Origin: Candidatus Dormiibacterota bacterium
Lineage (GTDB): Bacteria; Chloroflexota; Dormibacteria; Aeolococcales; Aeolococcaceae
Direction: 5' to 3'
Length of the DNA stretch: 64,000 nucleotides
Assembly (NCBI GenBank): GCA_963709585.1
Contig: CAVPXI010000014.1
Location: 1 to 64,000, forward strand
The notes under the pieces are model-generated. The model ran no database searches. It saw only the letters and a program-made list of their open reading frames with translations, and was not told the DNA's origin. Positions 40,576-50,923 of the stretch are shown here, one piece after another. Position numbers and translations under genes: made by a program. How positions within the stretch are numbered: the first letter of the stretch is position 1; every line of letters starts with the position of its first letter.

Positions 40576-40608
40576 TCGATCAAGCTCCACGCCGCTTCCG
40601 ACCACCGT

Positions 40609-42652
40609 CTATGGCAGGGTGGCGTCGGCGGCGTGAACGAGCTCGCCATTCGCAACCTGGCGCCGACCGAGCGAGTCGACAACCGGCGCCGTCACCTCAT
40701 TGAGCACGTGAGGGCACGCGGGCCGGTCAGTGTCTTGCGATGGCGCTTGATGTATGGGACATCCAGCGGGCGCGGTTGTTGCCGGCGGGGGTTCGCTGGC
40801 GCGCATGCGAGCACGGGCTTCCGCGATCCCAGCCTCGGCATGGAGCACCGTCACCTCGCTCGCCTTCAGTGCAATTGCCAGCCGTTCGACCTGCTCCACA
40901 GCCAGACTGCGAAGGAATCCACCGGGGATCCGTTCGATCCGCTCCTGGGCTTCCGGGCTCCACGGAAGATGTGCTCGCTGCTCGCTGCCCGAGGTCGCAC
41001 CGTCAGCACCGAGTGGCGCGCGATGCGGGCCGGCACCGGCGTCGAGTGCCTCGACCTCAGGGAGGACAAAGGGCGCAGCGACATCGGCGGTGATGGCTGG
41101 AAGCCGTCTGGTGCGTGCGGTTTTTTCGACGATCGCCTTCACCCGGCGACGGAGATACCCGGCCGGAAGCTGCTGCAGGAGCGTCCGCGCTTCAAGGGTC
41201 CAGCCGAGCTTGTGACCATCGAAGGTGTCGCTCGCCATCTCGCCCTCGGCGCTCGCGGCACGGGCTACCGCTCCGACATCGATCTGCTCGAACATGTCGC
41301 CATCGCTCCCGCAGACCGGGCATCGCGCGGGCGCGTCGGTCCGGGCCGCGTAACCGCAGGTGCGACAGATCGCACGAGCGCTTTCCGGGGGAGCCTCATC
41401 GAGCATCGCCGCGGTGGCGGCGTCGAGCGCCGAACTGACCTCCTCAATGCGCCGCATCGTCCGCCGATACGGCATGAGGTCGTCAAGCGCCGTGTCCACG
41501 TCTCCCGAGGACACGACGCTGTGCCCTCGTTCGGTGCACCAGCGCAGGACGGCGGTTCGAGCGAGTCCTCGAGCGGCCGCAGGGACACCCTCCATGCGCG
41601 CCTCTGCCTCCGGCGTCCAGACCACGCTCGCCTCGGCTCGGACATCGATCGGGGGGACGTGCGTCCGGTTGCACACCAGCACGTTGCACGCAGCATTGCG
41701 AATCAGGTGATCCGTGTTGCTGCCGAGGTCCATCCCGGGGGGAGAGTGCACGCCGACACGACCGCATACCAGCAACCAGGCATCGCGTTCAGCGGCATAT
41801 CGCGCCACACGCTGAAACGCCTTGCCATCGAGCAGGGTGATCGGCAGCTCAACACCCATTTCCGCGGCCTGCGCCTGGGCGACGCGCAGATGCGAACTCG
41901 TAGATCTGCGCCAGACCACTGTCGATGATCTCCTCGTGTAGCGCCTCCTGCTCTTTGAAACGAAACACCTTGGAGGCCTTCTCAGAGAGGACATCGACGA
42001 TGCCGTTGAACACGCTGTAATGGAGGTACGGGTCGTAGACCGCCACTGCCTCGACCTCTTTCTTGAGTGCCTGGCCGAGCGAAAGCGCGACCTGCAGGCC
42101 GCCGAACGACTGTGGTGATCCGTCGATGGCCACGATGATGCCGCCTTCCATGACGGCGTCCCCGGTACGGCGCACGATCAAAGAGTCCGTCCGGATTCGT
42201 CGCGCTACGCGATCCGCGACGCTGCCGAGACGTGAGTCCTTAACCGCCCCCGTTCCCAGCGCGCCCATGACGACAAGGTCGGGACGGACCTCCTCGATGT
42301 CGGCGACCAGCTCTTCCCAGTTGCGTCCGTCTCGAGCGCGCGCCTCGAATTCGATCTCGCGCTCGAGACAACGATATCGCATCACATCGGTGTAGCTTTC
42401 GCTGATCAGCTGCAATCCCGTGGTGATCAGCGAGTCATGGATCCGGCGTTGCCGGAGGAGCTCCGCCTCGTCCTGGTACTCGTCCGGGAGCGTGTACTCC
42501 ATCTGTTTGAAGCGGTAGTCGTGCATGCGTGCCGCGTAGACGTGCATGCCGATGCAGCGGGACGAGAACGCCTCCGCAAGCTCGAGAGCCACGGTGGTTC
42601 CAGCATCGGAGTGCTCTGAGTTGTCGAGTGCCACGTAGATGCTCTTGTACAT
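40609..42652 (-). CDS. multidomain protein: two universal-stress domains, three PCP_red-like repeats and a rubredoxin-like CxxC...CPxC motif; one frameshift near 41900
   Basis: YKSIYVALD, DLVVMGALG...LGSV and VAIDGS USP motifs. WTPEAEARM, WTLEARTLL and WSPEAQERIERIP repeats. CRTCGY...CPVCG. Confidence 0.8.
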
Positions 42653-42772
42653 GGACTCCTGTGCCCCATTGACCGCCGACACACAAGCCGCCCTCGGCCC
42701 CGAATGATACAGGATGTCTACCATATGATGTGTCGGGATCCGAGCCCATAGGTGGCTACTGAGGTGACAGAC

Positions 42773-43490
42773 ATGAGCGACTACACCGCACTCAGAAGAT
42801 CATCCGCACCGCTGCCCGGTCTCCCACGAGCCGGGGGCCGGATCTGCGCCCGGTGGATGTCCCGTCCCGCAGGGGGCCCACTGGACGGAAGACGGGCATC
42901 AGGTGGCGCTGAAGACGGCAAACGCGCATGCCGCAGCGAGCCATCTGGAGGCCGAGCGTGCTGCGTCGATGGCGCACGCGGTTGCGGATCAGCGCGCCGG
43001 CGATCGCGGGGTGGACGAGATCAACGAACGCTTCATCGCGCTGATCGGAGGGAAGCTCGGATACGGGCACCCGCTCAGCGGACGCACAGGGACGCTCGAG
43101 TTCACCTGGACGCCCGAGGCGGAAGAACGGCTCAAGGAGGTGCCGGAATTCTGCCGCGAGCTCACCAGGTGGCGAGTTGAATGGACTGCGCACAAGAAGG
43201 GGCTCGGATCCGTGATCACCCCCGACGCCATGGAAACGAAGTACGAGCTCTGGGGCGAGGTCTCACATCGGATTGAGGCGCGCGGCGGCCAGAGCCTCCC
43301 GTGGACCCCGAGCGCGCTCGCGCGTCTGGACCGCGTGCCCGACTTCGTTCGCGGTCAGGTGATCGAGGCAGTGGAGGGCGGGGCTCGGCGGCTGCATCAG
43401 GACCTCGTCGACGACACGGTCCTCGACGACACGATCAGGCGATGGACGGCCACCGGCGACTTCCATGAGGGCCGCTTCGGCTTTCGCTGA
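42773..43490 (+). CDS. PCP reductase (PCP_red) repeat protein, probable frameshift near 42790
   Basis: WTPEAEERLKEVPEF and WTPSALARLDRVPDFVR repeats. The frame is open upstream of 42903 (HRCPVSH...GCPVP). ATG at 42773 follows GAGGTG. Confidence 0.7.
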
Positions 43491-43541
43491 CCCGGCTATG
43501 GATTTGCAGACGCAACAAATCACCCCAAGGAGAACGCCCCG

Positions 43542-43820
43542 ATGAGCAACACTCGGCGCGACGCAGAAACTCAGTCTCCCAACCGTCCGGAGGCTACAGG
43601 TGCCCGTGACAACGGAGCTACCGCACTACCCGCATCGATCGACAAAGAGAAAACGCCGGAGTTTCACCCTCAGACCGCGCGTGAGGTCGTCGAAAAGGTC
43701 AAACAAGAGACATCTGAGGGACCAGGCATCGTTGTCAAGGCGAAGGCCGCACTGGAGGAGGTGGATCGTCAGGTGGCCGGCGAGTATGAGAAGCGTGAGG
43801 ATCGCGTCGGGACCGAGTAA
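43542..43820 (+). CDS. small hydrophilic hypothetical protein
   Basis: AAGGAG RBS and a charged 92-aa ORF. Confidence 0.55.
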   Translation: MSNTRRDAETQSPNRPEATGARDNGATALPASIDKEKTPEFHPQTAREVVEKVKQETSEGPGIVVKAKAALEEVDRQVAGEYEKREDRVGTE

Positions 43821-43923
43821 AGCGTCTCGGGCTTCATGGAGGCCGCGTTTCTGAGCCCCAGCCGCCGACCGCAGAGCGGCGGAGCGTCGCCAGGCGCCAT
43901 CTCGGTAAACGGGTGAGGTCATC

Positions 43924-44020
43924 CTCGAACACCTCCAGGACGACCCGGTAGCGCTGTCCACCGGGTTCAACTCCACAAGCACGAACCTGGTCCCTCCGAT
44001 GGCCTCAGTCCTTGCGGACG
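43924..44020 (+). repeat. about 97-bp direct repeat, copy A (pairs with 49977-50074)
   Basis: Manual alignment gives 11 mismatches and 1 indel. Confidence 0.8.
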
Positions 44021-44398
44021 TTAGCCGCCACTGCAACGGTTCCAGCCGGTGTTTCAGGAGCAGCGCTGATGCTCCCATTCCAGGTGAGCATCCTCGGCAC
44101 GCCAAGCCCCGCCGTCACGCCGACAAACCTGCTCTACAACGTCGTCGCGACACCCGGGGCGCTGCGGCGGTATTGGCGTCAGGGCCAACGCGGTGGTCAC
44201 CTCGCTCGCCCGCTCCTCATCGGGACGCTCCCGGGAGTCGTCATCGGGTCGATCGTTCGTGTTGAGCTTCTGCGCATCGGCTCCGTCTCACGGGCTCGAC
44301 ACTGGTGGTCATGGCAGCAGCTGTTGGCTGCGTGGGCGGTATCTACGGCATCAGTGGGGGGTCAATCCTGGCCCCGATTCTCATCGGCGCGGAATGAG
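44021..44398 (+). pseudogene. TauE/SafE sulfite exporter family fragment
   Basis: AGVSGAALMLPFQVSILGTPSPAVTPTNLLYNVVATPG, then GGIYGISGGSILAPILI in another frame. Truncated at both ends. Confidence 0.7.
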
Positions 44399-44491
44399 GA
44401 GCCGACCGCGGACGATCGGGCCACACCTCCCACGAGCCCTGAAGCTGCACTGGGTAACGCGTGCTGGCCGCGCTCTGGGCGGCTGCACCCG

Positions 44492-45420
44492 TCAAGTCAT
44501 GTGGGCGCCCCACGTCGTCCTGAGCGATTGACCCGGCTCCAGTCGTATCAAGCCATCGCCGCTCTGGAAGGCGTTCGGTGGGCACGTCATCGGCTCGGTG
44601 CCGAGACCGCGACGCCGCCGGCCGGGCTCAAGCGTGTCGCCGGTATATATCTCGAGAATCGGGTAGTGCTCGTCCACCAGAGCTCGACACAGTGTCCATC
44701 GAGCCCTGAGAGGCGGACCCATGCCCGGCCAAACTCGTCACGAGCCAGGTCGGTGAAGGCGAAGTCCACCTGCTGGCTCCCAATCGGCCTGGGCTCGGAG
44801 AAGTCGAACGGCGTGCCGGCCACGGGTTCACTGCCGGTGGGTAACTGGCGGACGGCGTCGGTCAGGATCCGGGTCCCGGCATCGAGCTCCAGCGTGCAGG
44901 CATCGATGAGTTCGGTTCCCGGTGAGAGGTAGGGGTGCTGGCCGCAGCCATACGGGCACGGCGACGCGCCGACGTTGGTGGCCGTGGTCGCCACGACCAA
45001 GCCAGCGTCGCCGAGCTCGTAGGCAACGCTGACATCGAGGCTAAAGGGATACCCCGTCATTGCATGGAGCCTCGTTGCCATCACGACACGGTTCGCTGTC
45101 CGCTCGACCGCGCGCCAGGAACGCCAGCGCAAGAGGCCATGGATGGCGTTGCTCTTCTCCGGCTCGGTCAGCGCCAGCTGGTAGCCGGTCCCATCGAACC
45201 GGTAACGCCCGTCGGCGAGGCGGTTGGGCCACGGAACGAGCACATTGCCGTGCGCCCCATCGCACATGGCGTCGATCGGAAAAGGGTCAAGGACGAGGCG
45301 TCCGCCCACCTCGTACTCGCGGACACCGCCGCCGACCTCGACGATCGTCGCCCGCTGACGCCCACTCGCGATCTCGAACTGCTCACCGGACGGCGCAATC
45401 GTCACCTGAACACTGGCCAT
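44492..45420 (-). CDS. aldose 1-epimerase family protein, one frameshift near 44680
   Basis: PWPNRL, NAIHGL and GQHPY motifs. The C-terminal EPMTCPPNAF lies in the 44492..44722 frame. Confidence 0.88.
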
Positions 45421-46016
45421 TGCGCCGGCTTACCGTAATCGCTCGTGGAACACCTCGGAGATCAAGCTGCAGAACAGGGCACCGCCCGGCGAACAACTCG
45501 GCTTGGGACGACCGAGACACGGCGACACATCGGGCTCGCGTCGAGGATGGTTGGAACACACACATTAATACAGTACGTGCCCCGATTCGGCGTTCTTGTC
45601 GGACCGGACCCATCTTCGAATCCGGCTGGTCAAGTCCCGGGTAGTGGTGTGAATTCGGTGGACTGCTCACAACGTTCGTGTCCGTCAAATCGGGGCACGC
45701 CCAACGAGGCGATGTCGGCGTCGCTACAGGTTGAGCAGAGGGCCGGATCGAGCCCAAAGTGTTTATGCGTTTCCACTGAGCCAATCGTACCCAGACCGCT
45801 AGGTAGGTCGCGGCGATGTGCGCTCACCGGCCGCCCGCCGCCATTGTGTCGCGCAGCCCGGTTTCTGCGTCGTCGCAGCCGAGGTCAGAGCGACAGGCCG
45901 GCATGCTCGACTTGGTCGGCAGCGCGCCGGGCGCGTCGGTGTGTGACGTTGCCGCCTGTGTAGTGCGGGTACGCGACGCCGGTTTTCAGGTTGTCAGATG
46001 CGGTCATCGTCCAGTA

Positions 46017-46463
46017 CTACCCAGTGCAAGCCGCGATGGTGAACGCGCCACTCACGCTCATCTCATTGTCGGCCTGGAACTTGTAATGCCACGTGCCCAC
46101 TTGCGTCAGCGGACTATAGGTGCCACTGGGATTCACGTTCTGGTACACGATGACGGATGCACCAGTCGGCGGATACACCGTAAGCTGGTAGTAGACGTTA
46201 CCAGCGCCACTCCATGTAATTTCGCCACCGCCAGCGGTACCAACCGGATCACATGCGGTCACAGTGATTGTAGGCGTGACCGGTGCGGGCGTTGAGATAG
46301 GTGTCGCGGTGGGCGTCGGCGCTACTGTCGCGCTGGGAGCCGGCGCTACTGTCGCCCCGACAGTCAGCGCGGGAGTTGGGGAAGCAGTCGGCGCGATTGT
46401 CGAGCCACATGCCGCGAGGCCAAGGGCGGCGATCGCATAGCCGATGGCGATTGTGACTTTCAT
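46017..46463 (-). CDS. hypothetical lipoprotein with Pro/Thr-rich linker
   Basis: GLAA-C lipobox, PT/AP repeats and a small beta-rich C-terminal domain. Confidence 0.7.
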   Translation of the reverse strand: MKVTIAIGYAIAALGLAACGSTIAPTASPTPALTVGATVAPAPSATVAPTPTATPISTPAPVTPTITVTACDPVGTAGGGEITWSGAGNVYYQLTVYPPTGASVIVYQNVNPSGTYSPLTQVGTWHYKFQADNEMSVSGAFTIAACTG

Positions 46464-46710
46464 TTTCTGCCTCTATCCATTCAACCCATTCAACGCGAAT
46501 ACTTCATCCGCGGTTATGGCATTTATGTGCCGCCGGTCGAGGGCAGCCATGCTGACGAGCCGCCCGCTATGACGCTGTGCGCGTCGGTACGGCGTCGAGA
46601 GGTTCAGGAAGGTGTGGGCCGCTCACCCGCGAGGAACTCGTAGCCTGGCCGTTGGTTCATCAACGACACGATCGGGGTCTGTTCGATGACGGCAACGAAA
46701 TTGACTTCCC

Positions 46711-46884
46711 ATGACTGACCACGACATGCACGGGCTGGGCCGCAATGACATCGCCAAGAAGGTCGACAACGCGGCGCGCAGGGCGGCGGAGTCCCCTGCC
46801 CATTTGAGCGACGAGCTCGCCGGCCTGCTCCGCGAGATCGCCGAGAACCACCGTAAGTTGGAAATGCTTGAACTCCAACGCTGA
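46711..46884 (+). CDS. possible small hypothetical protein (57 aa)
   Basis: MTDHDMHGLGRNDIAKKVD...LEMLELQR*, with GC-rich third codon positions. Below the ORF-track cutoff. Confidence 0.3.
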   Translation: MTDHDMHGLGRNDIAKKVDNAARRAAESPAHLSDELAGLLREIAENHRKLEMLELQR

Positions 46885-46942
46885 AGACCTTATGAGCGGA
46901 GGCCTGCCCCACAGGACTGAACGTCTGTTCTAGAATCTGCAC

Positions 46943-47587
46943 ATGCGTGCAGCACCCGGCGACCTCACCGCCGCAGCCGCAATTCGGGAGACAGCCATGC
47001 GGCTCTTCGCCCAGCGGGGTGCCGCTGCAGTGACCATTCGCGAGATAGCTGCCGAGGCCGGGGTTTCACCCTCGCTGGTCATTCACCACTACGGATCGAA
47101 GGAGGGACTGCGGGACGCCGTCGACAAGCGAGCGATCGCCCTCGTCGACGCGTTGGTTACCGAACTCACGACCTCTTCGAGTGGTGGGCCGAGCGCGTCG
47201 CTGGCGGCAGCCCTCGCCGGGGAACTTGAAGGCGATCCGCTGCTCCCCGCGTACTTGCGACGTCTCCTCATCGACGGCGGCACGCCTGCCGAGACGCTCT
47301 TTCGGCGCCTTTTCGAGGCGGTGCTCTCGGGCTTTGCAACCCTTGAAGCGGCAGGGCTGGTGCGCCCTTCGGCCGACGCCGAAGTCAGAGCCGCCTTCCT
47401 GTTGGTCAATGACCTCGCGGTTGTGCTGCTTCGTGACCAGGTGCACGAGGTCCTCGGCATTGATCCCCTCGCACGCTCGGGCATGGAGCGCTGGACCACC
47501 CAAGTGCTCGACGTCTATTCGCGCGGGGTGCTGACGATCGGTGAGGTCTCCTCCACTGAAACGGATCCGTCTCGTGGGGCCGCGTGA
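46943..47587 (+). CDS. TetR/AcrR family regulator
   Basis: TIREIAAEAGVSPSLVIHHYGSKEGL HTH. Confidence 0.9.
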   Translation: MRAAPGDLTAAAAIRETAMRLFAQRGAAAVTIREIAAEAGVSPSLVIHHYGSKEGLRDAVDKRAIALVDALVTELTTSSSGGPSASLAAALAGELEGDPLLPAYLRRLLIDGGTPAETLFRRLFEAVLSGFATLEAAGLVRPSADAEVRAAFLLVNDLAVVLLRDQVHEVLGIDPLARSGMERWTTQVLDVYSRGVLTIGEVSSTETDPSRGAA

Positions 47588-48501
47588 TGACGGTTGTGGT
47601 GCGCGCGGAGAACCTGACCAAGACCTTTGGGACACACCGTGGCATCGTCGGCGTTGACGTCAGCGTCGCGGAGGGAGAGATCTTCGGGTTCCTTGGCCCG
47701 AACGGGTCCGGCAAGTCAACAACGATCCGTCTCCTGACCGGCCTCTCACGTCCGACGTCGGGCACCGCAAAGGTCTTTGGACTCGACCCCTTCGCCGACG
47801 CTGTCGAGATTCATCGACGCGTCGGTTATCTTCCAGGGGAACTCGCGCTCCACCGTCGCCTGACCGGGCGGCAGCACGTCGACTTCGCTGCCAAGGTCCG
47901 CAGTCTGCAGGACAGAATCTTCCTCGATGAACTGGTGGACCGGTTCCAGGTCGACCTCGAGCGGCCGACCCGCAAGTTGTCCAAGGGCAATCGACAGAAG
48001 ATCGGCATCCTGCTCGCCGTCATGCATCGACCTGAGCTCGTCATCCTCGACGAGCCCACATCGGGACTCGACCCCCTGATGAAGGATGAGTTCGAACGTC
48101 TGATGCGTGAACTGGTCAGCACCGGGGCGACCGTCTTCCTCTCTTCCCACGAACTCGACGAAGTGCAGCGGGTCGCGACGCGCGTGGCGATCATCAAGGA
48201 CGGGCGCCTCGTCGTCACCGACACGGTCGAGGCGCTGCGGCGGCGGGCGCCGCGGACCATCGAGTTCTCCTTCCCAAAGACCGTCGATCCGAGGCCCTTC
48301 GCATCGATCGAGGGCGTTCACGTCGTCGCCGCCACTGGGACACGCATCACGTTGGCGCTCCTCGGTGCTGTTGCTCCCGTCCTTCAAGTCGCTGCCCAGC
48401 TCGATCCGGTCGACGTGGTCGCGCGCCCAGCCGACCTCGACGAACTCTTCCTCACCTACTACCGAGACCAATCCGCGGAGGAGCCCGTCGGTGCGCGCTG
48501 A
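47584..48501 (+). CDS. ABC transporter ATP-binding protein
   Basis: GPNGSGKST, LSKGN and ILDEPTSGLD motifs. Confidence 0.93.
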   Translation: MMTVVVRAENLTKTFGTHRGIVGVDVSVAEGEIFGFLGPNGSGKSTTIRLLTGLSRPTSGTAKVFGLDPFADAVEIHRRVGYLPGELALHRRLTGRQHVDFAAKVRSLQDRIFLDELVDRFQVDLERPTRKLSKGNRQKIGILLAVMHRPELVILDEPTSGLDPLMKDEFERLMRELVSTGATVFLSSHELDEVQRVATRVAIIKDGRLVVTDTVEALRRRAPRTIEFSFPKTVDPRPFASIEGVHVVAATGTRITLALLGAVAPVLQVAAQLDPVDVVARPADLDELFLTYYRDQSAEEPVGAR

Positions 48502-49279
48502 CATCGCCGTCATCGACCTCCGCTTGCGCCGGCGAGCACTCCTCAGCTACGTGGTCGGGATGGCGCTGTACGCATTGGTCATCGTGGCGCTGTACCCGCA
48601 GTTCAAGGGCGCCACGAGCCTCGACCAACTCACGAAGAACGGGTCGACAGTTGCGGCACTCTTCGGGGCGACGGGGTCACTGACGTCACCGAGCGGATGG
48701 CTCGACGCCAACATCTACGAGAACTTCCTCCCGCTCATCATGCTGCTCATCACCGTGGGCTACGGCGCGTCATGCATTGCCGGACAGGACGAGGACGGCA
48801 TACTGTCGCTTGCCGTGATCCTCCCCATATCGCGACGCGCCGTGGTGCTGCAAAAGGTTGGAGCGTTGACGGTGCAGGCGCTGCTGCTGGCGATCGCAAC
48901 CATGGGGTGCATCCTCATCGGCAGACAGTTCGATCTCTCCTTCCCGTTCACGCATCTCGCCGGCTTGAGCCTTGGCGTCGCGCTCCTCGGTGTCGACTTC
49001 GGGCTGTGCGCGGTCGCCGTCGGGTCGATCACCGGTAGCCGCGGGACTGCGCTCGGCGTCACCGCGACGCTGGCCGCCACGTCATATCTGGCGAGCTCAC
49101 TTGCGCCGGTGATCGGATGGATTCGCCCAGCTCGGTACGCTTCGCTCTTCTACTGGTCAGTCGGAAACCAGCAGCTCGCCGACGGTCTCAGCCTCGCGTC
49201 CGTTGGGGTGCTGATCTCCGTGGGGGCCCTCCTGACGCTGGCCGCCGTTGTCGGATTCCAGAGGCTCGACCTTCACTGA
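48491..49279 (+). CDS. ABC-2 type transporter permease
   Basis: IAGQDEDG...PISR motif and about six hydrophobic segments. GTG start overlaps the ATPase gene. Confidence 0.85.
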   Translation: MRADIAVIDLRLRRRALLSYVVGMALYALVIVALYPQFKGATSLDQLTKNGSTVAALFGATGSLTSPSGWLDANIYENFLPLIMLLITVGYGASCIAGQDEDGILSLAVILPISRRAVVLQKVGALTVQALLLAIATMGCILIGRQFDLSFPFTHLAGLSLGVALLGVDFGLCAVAVGSITGSRGTALGVTATLAATSYLASSLAPVIGWIRPARYASLFYWSVGNQQLADGLSLASVGVLISVGALLTLAAVVGFQRLDLH

Positions 49280-49494
49280 TTCAATCAAGACGGTCTGTAT
49301 CGCAGCCAGGCGGCGCCAACTCTCGCCCGCATCGGCTCGGTCGCCAAGGCGATGTGGACAGCGCTCCGTCAGCGACCGCCGATGGCGGCCGGCTGCGCCA
49401 TCTGGAGTGGATGTACAACGACGGCGCCACGTGTTCGCGAGTGAGAGAAAGCGCCCTGGCGCCGCCGCATTGGAGGAAATGGGGCTGATGCTTC

Positions 49495-49701
49495 CTAGCT
49501 GCTGAGACCGTGGCTGATGTTGGAGAACACGTTGTTCACCTGATGGCCGACCGTCGTGAGGATGACGATGACCACGATCGCAATGAGGACGAGGATTAGG
49601 GCGTACTCCACCATCCCCTGTCCACGCTCGTCCGAACCGTCGAGCGCCTCTTCCAGTCGCGTCAACGCGAACTCACGGCAGCGGATGACCGAGGATTGCA
49701 T
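49495..49701 (-). CDS. flp: Flp family type IVb pilin
   Basis: ERG/QGMVEYALILVLIAIVV Flp motif with E+5 and Y+6. Confidence 0.88.
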   Translation of the reverse strand: MQSSVIRCREFALTRLEEALDGSDERGQGMVEYALILVLIAIVVIVILTTVGHQVNNVFSNISHGLSS

Positions 49702-49976
49702 GGCTTCTCCTGAGCACTGATGATTTGAGATCACAATGCAAGACCGACTTGAAAGCCGCTGAAATACTCAGTGACAAGGGCTCGTACCACCAGGCAACCC
49801 CGCGTGACGAGGATGTGACGTCGTGCCCGGGTCCCCTGGGTTCGAACAAGGCTGGGAGCAACCGGGGCAAAAGGCCTCGACGTGCTGGTTAACCCTATGC
49901 GAGAGGTGATGCGTGCACACGGTCTATGCCGTCAGGAGCGCATAGACGAGGAACGCGTAGGCGATGGGCAGGCCAT

Positions 49977-50074
49977 CTGGAGCACCTACATGACGACCTG
50001 TTAGCGCCGTCCACCAGGTTCAACTCCATAAGCACGTACCTGGTCCCTCCGATAGCGCTCAGTCCTTGCGGACG
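49977..50074 (+). repeat. about 98-bp direct repeat, copy B (pairs with 43924-44020)
   Basis: Shares TCCACC.GGTTCAACTCCA.AAGCACG.ACCTGGTCCCTCCGAT and CTCAGTCCTTGCGGACG with copy A. Confidence 0.8.
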
Positions 50075-50337
50075 AGCGGACTGGAGGGAAGCCGGCTATG
50101 TCAAGCATCAGGCGGACGCGCCGCACACCGTCAAGCATCTCTTGGACCTGCGGTGTCAAGTATGTGCCGGACTTCTACACTGCTCTCCGGCAGCCAAAAC
50201 TGTAAGCGCTATGTATGCGCTGGACTGCCACAATCTCTAGGAATGAGCAGCGGTAACCGGCCTCAACTGTGGGGAATGATGCCTTTTGCTGGAAAAGCCA
50301 TCATTCCCGTTTAGAGCACTACACCCCGTGGCGCGTA

Positions 50338-50560
50338 GGCGCCCAACACCCCTCGCAACCGCCTCCACGCGAACTCAACTTGCGCGTCCGTCGGGGAGAC
50401 AGGACTCGAACCTGCGACCCCCTGGTCCCCCAGACCAGTCCTCATTTCCCGATGAATGCTGAGTTCGATTTAGAGTAGTTTTATGCGGAATTGGTCGGAA
50501 TGACGACTAGTCCCTCCGTGTTGGAAAGCGCTGGAATCGACTGCAACTGCATGGAATCCG
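50338..50560 (-). repeat. tRNA-Pro(GGG)-derived att-like repeat, copy 3 (core 50389-50438 with both arms)
   Basis: Core equals copy 2 plus one extra C. Arms GCGAACTCAACTTGCGCGTC and CTCATTTCCCGAT...GAGTTCGA...GGAATGACGACTAG are conserved. Confidence 0.9.
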
Positions 50561-50596
50561 GGCGACCCGGTGCGGGTTGAGGTTCGCAACCAGCGG

Positions 50597-50923
50597 TCAG
50601 GCCCATTCGTGGTCGACGAGATCTCGAAGAGCCGGAAGATCTGTGGCGAGGTACTCCCAGACGCGTTCCATCGCAACACCCATGTAAGCGTGAGCCACCA
50701 CGTTACGAAAGCCGACGATGGCCCGCCATGGAATAGCTGGATGGCGTTCCTTGAGGTCATCGGAGAGCCGGCCGGCGGCATCGGCAAGAACCTCCATCCG
50801 TCGGACTACGGCGTCTTGCAGCAAGTGTTCGGCGAGAAAAGCTTCTCGGCCGCGAGCCGAGTATTGAGCAAGAAGGTCGAGGCACTCAGCGATGAAGCCC
50901 AGCAGCTCATTATCGGTGCTCAC
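50597..50923 (-). CDS. HEPN/HepT-like (DUF86) ribonuclease toxin
   Basis: DAVVRRMEV, IPWRAI and the R-X4-H motif RNVVAH. Confidence 0.88.
   Translation of the reverse strand: MSTDNELLGFIAECLDLLAQYSARGREAFLAEHLLQDAVVRRMEVLADAAGRLSDDLKERHPAIPWRAIVGFRNVVAHAYMGVAMERVWEYLATDLPALRDLVDHEWA

Noticed and set aside
39919-41928. 669-aa plus-strand ORF and other long antisense ORFs
   Set aside because: These are shadow frames of well-supported minus-strand genes in high-GC DNA, Arg/Gly-rich and without motifs.
40609-43490. Photosynthesis or chlorophyll biosynthesis inferred from PCP_red domains and a b6-like cytochrome
   Set aside because: Only the short PCP_red-like repeats are present. There are no nitrogenase-like BchN/B/L catalytic domains or reaction-centre genes in the window.
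45541-45570. Extra degenerate att arm (ATGGTTGGAA)
   Set aside because: A ten-base match only, with no tRNA core, GACTAG box or phased repeats nearby.
49741-49900. c-di-GMP or c-di-AMP riboswitch upstream of flp
   Set aside because: Only a short GGGGACCC resemblance; the other conserved elements of these riboswitches are not visible.
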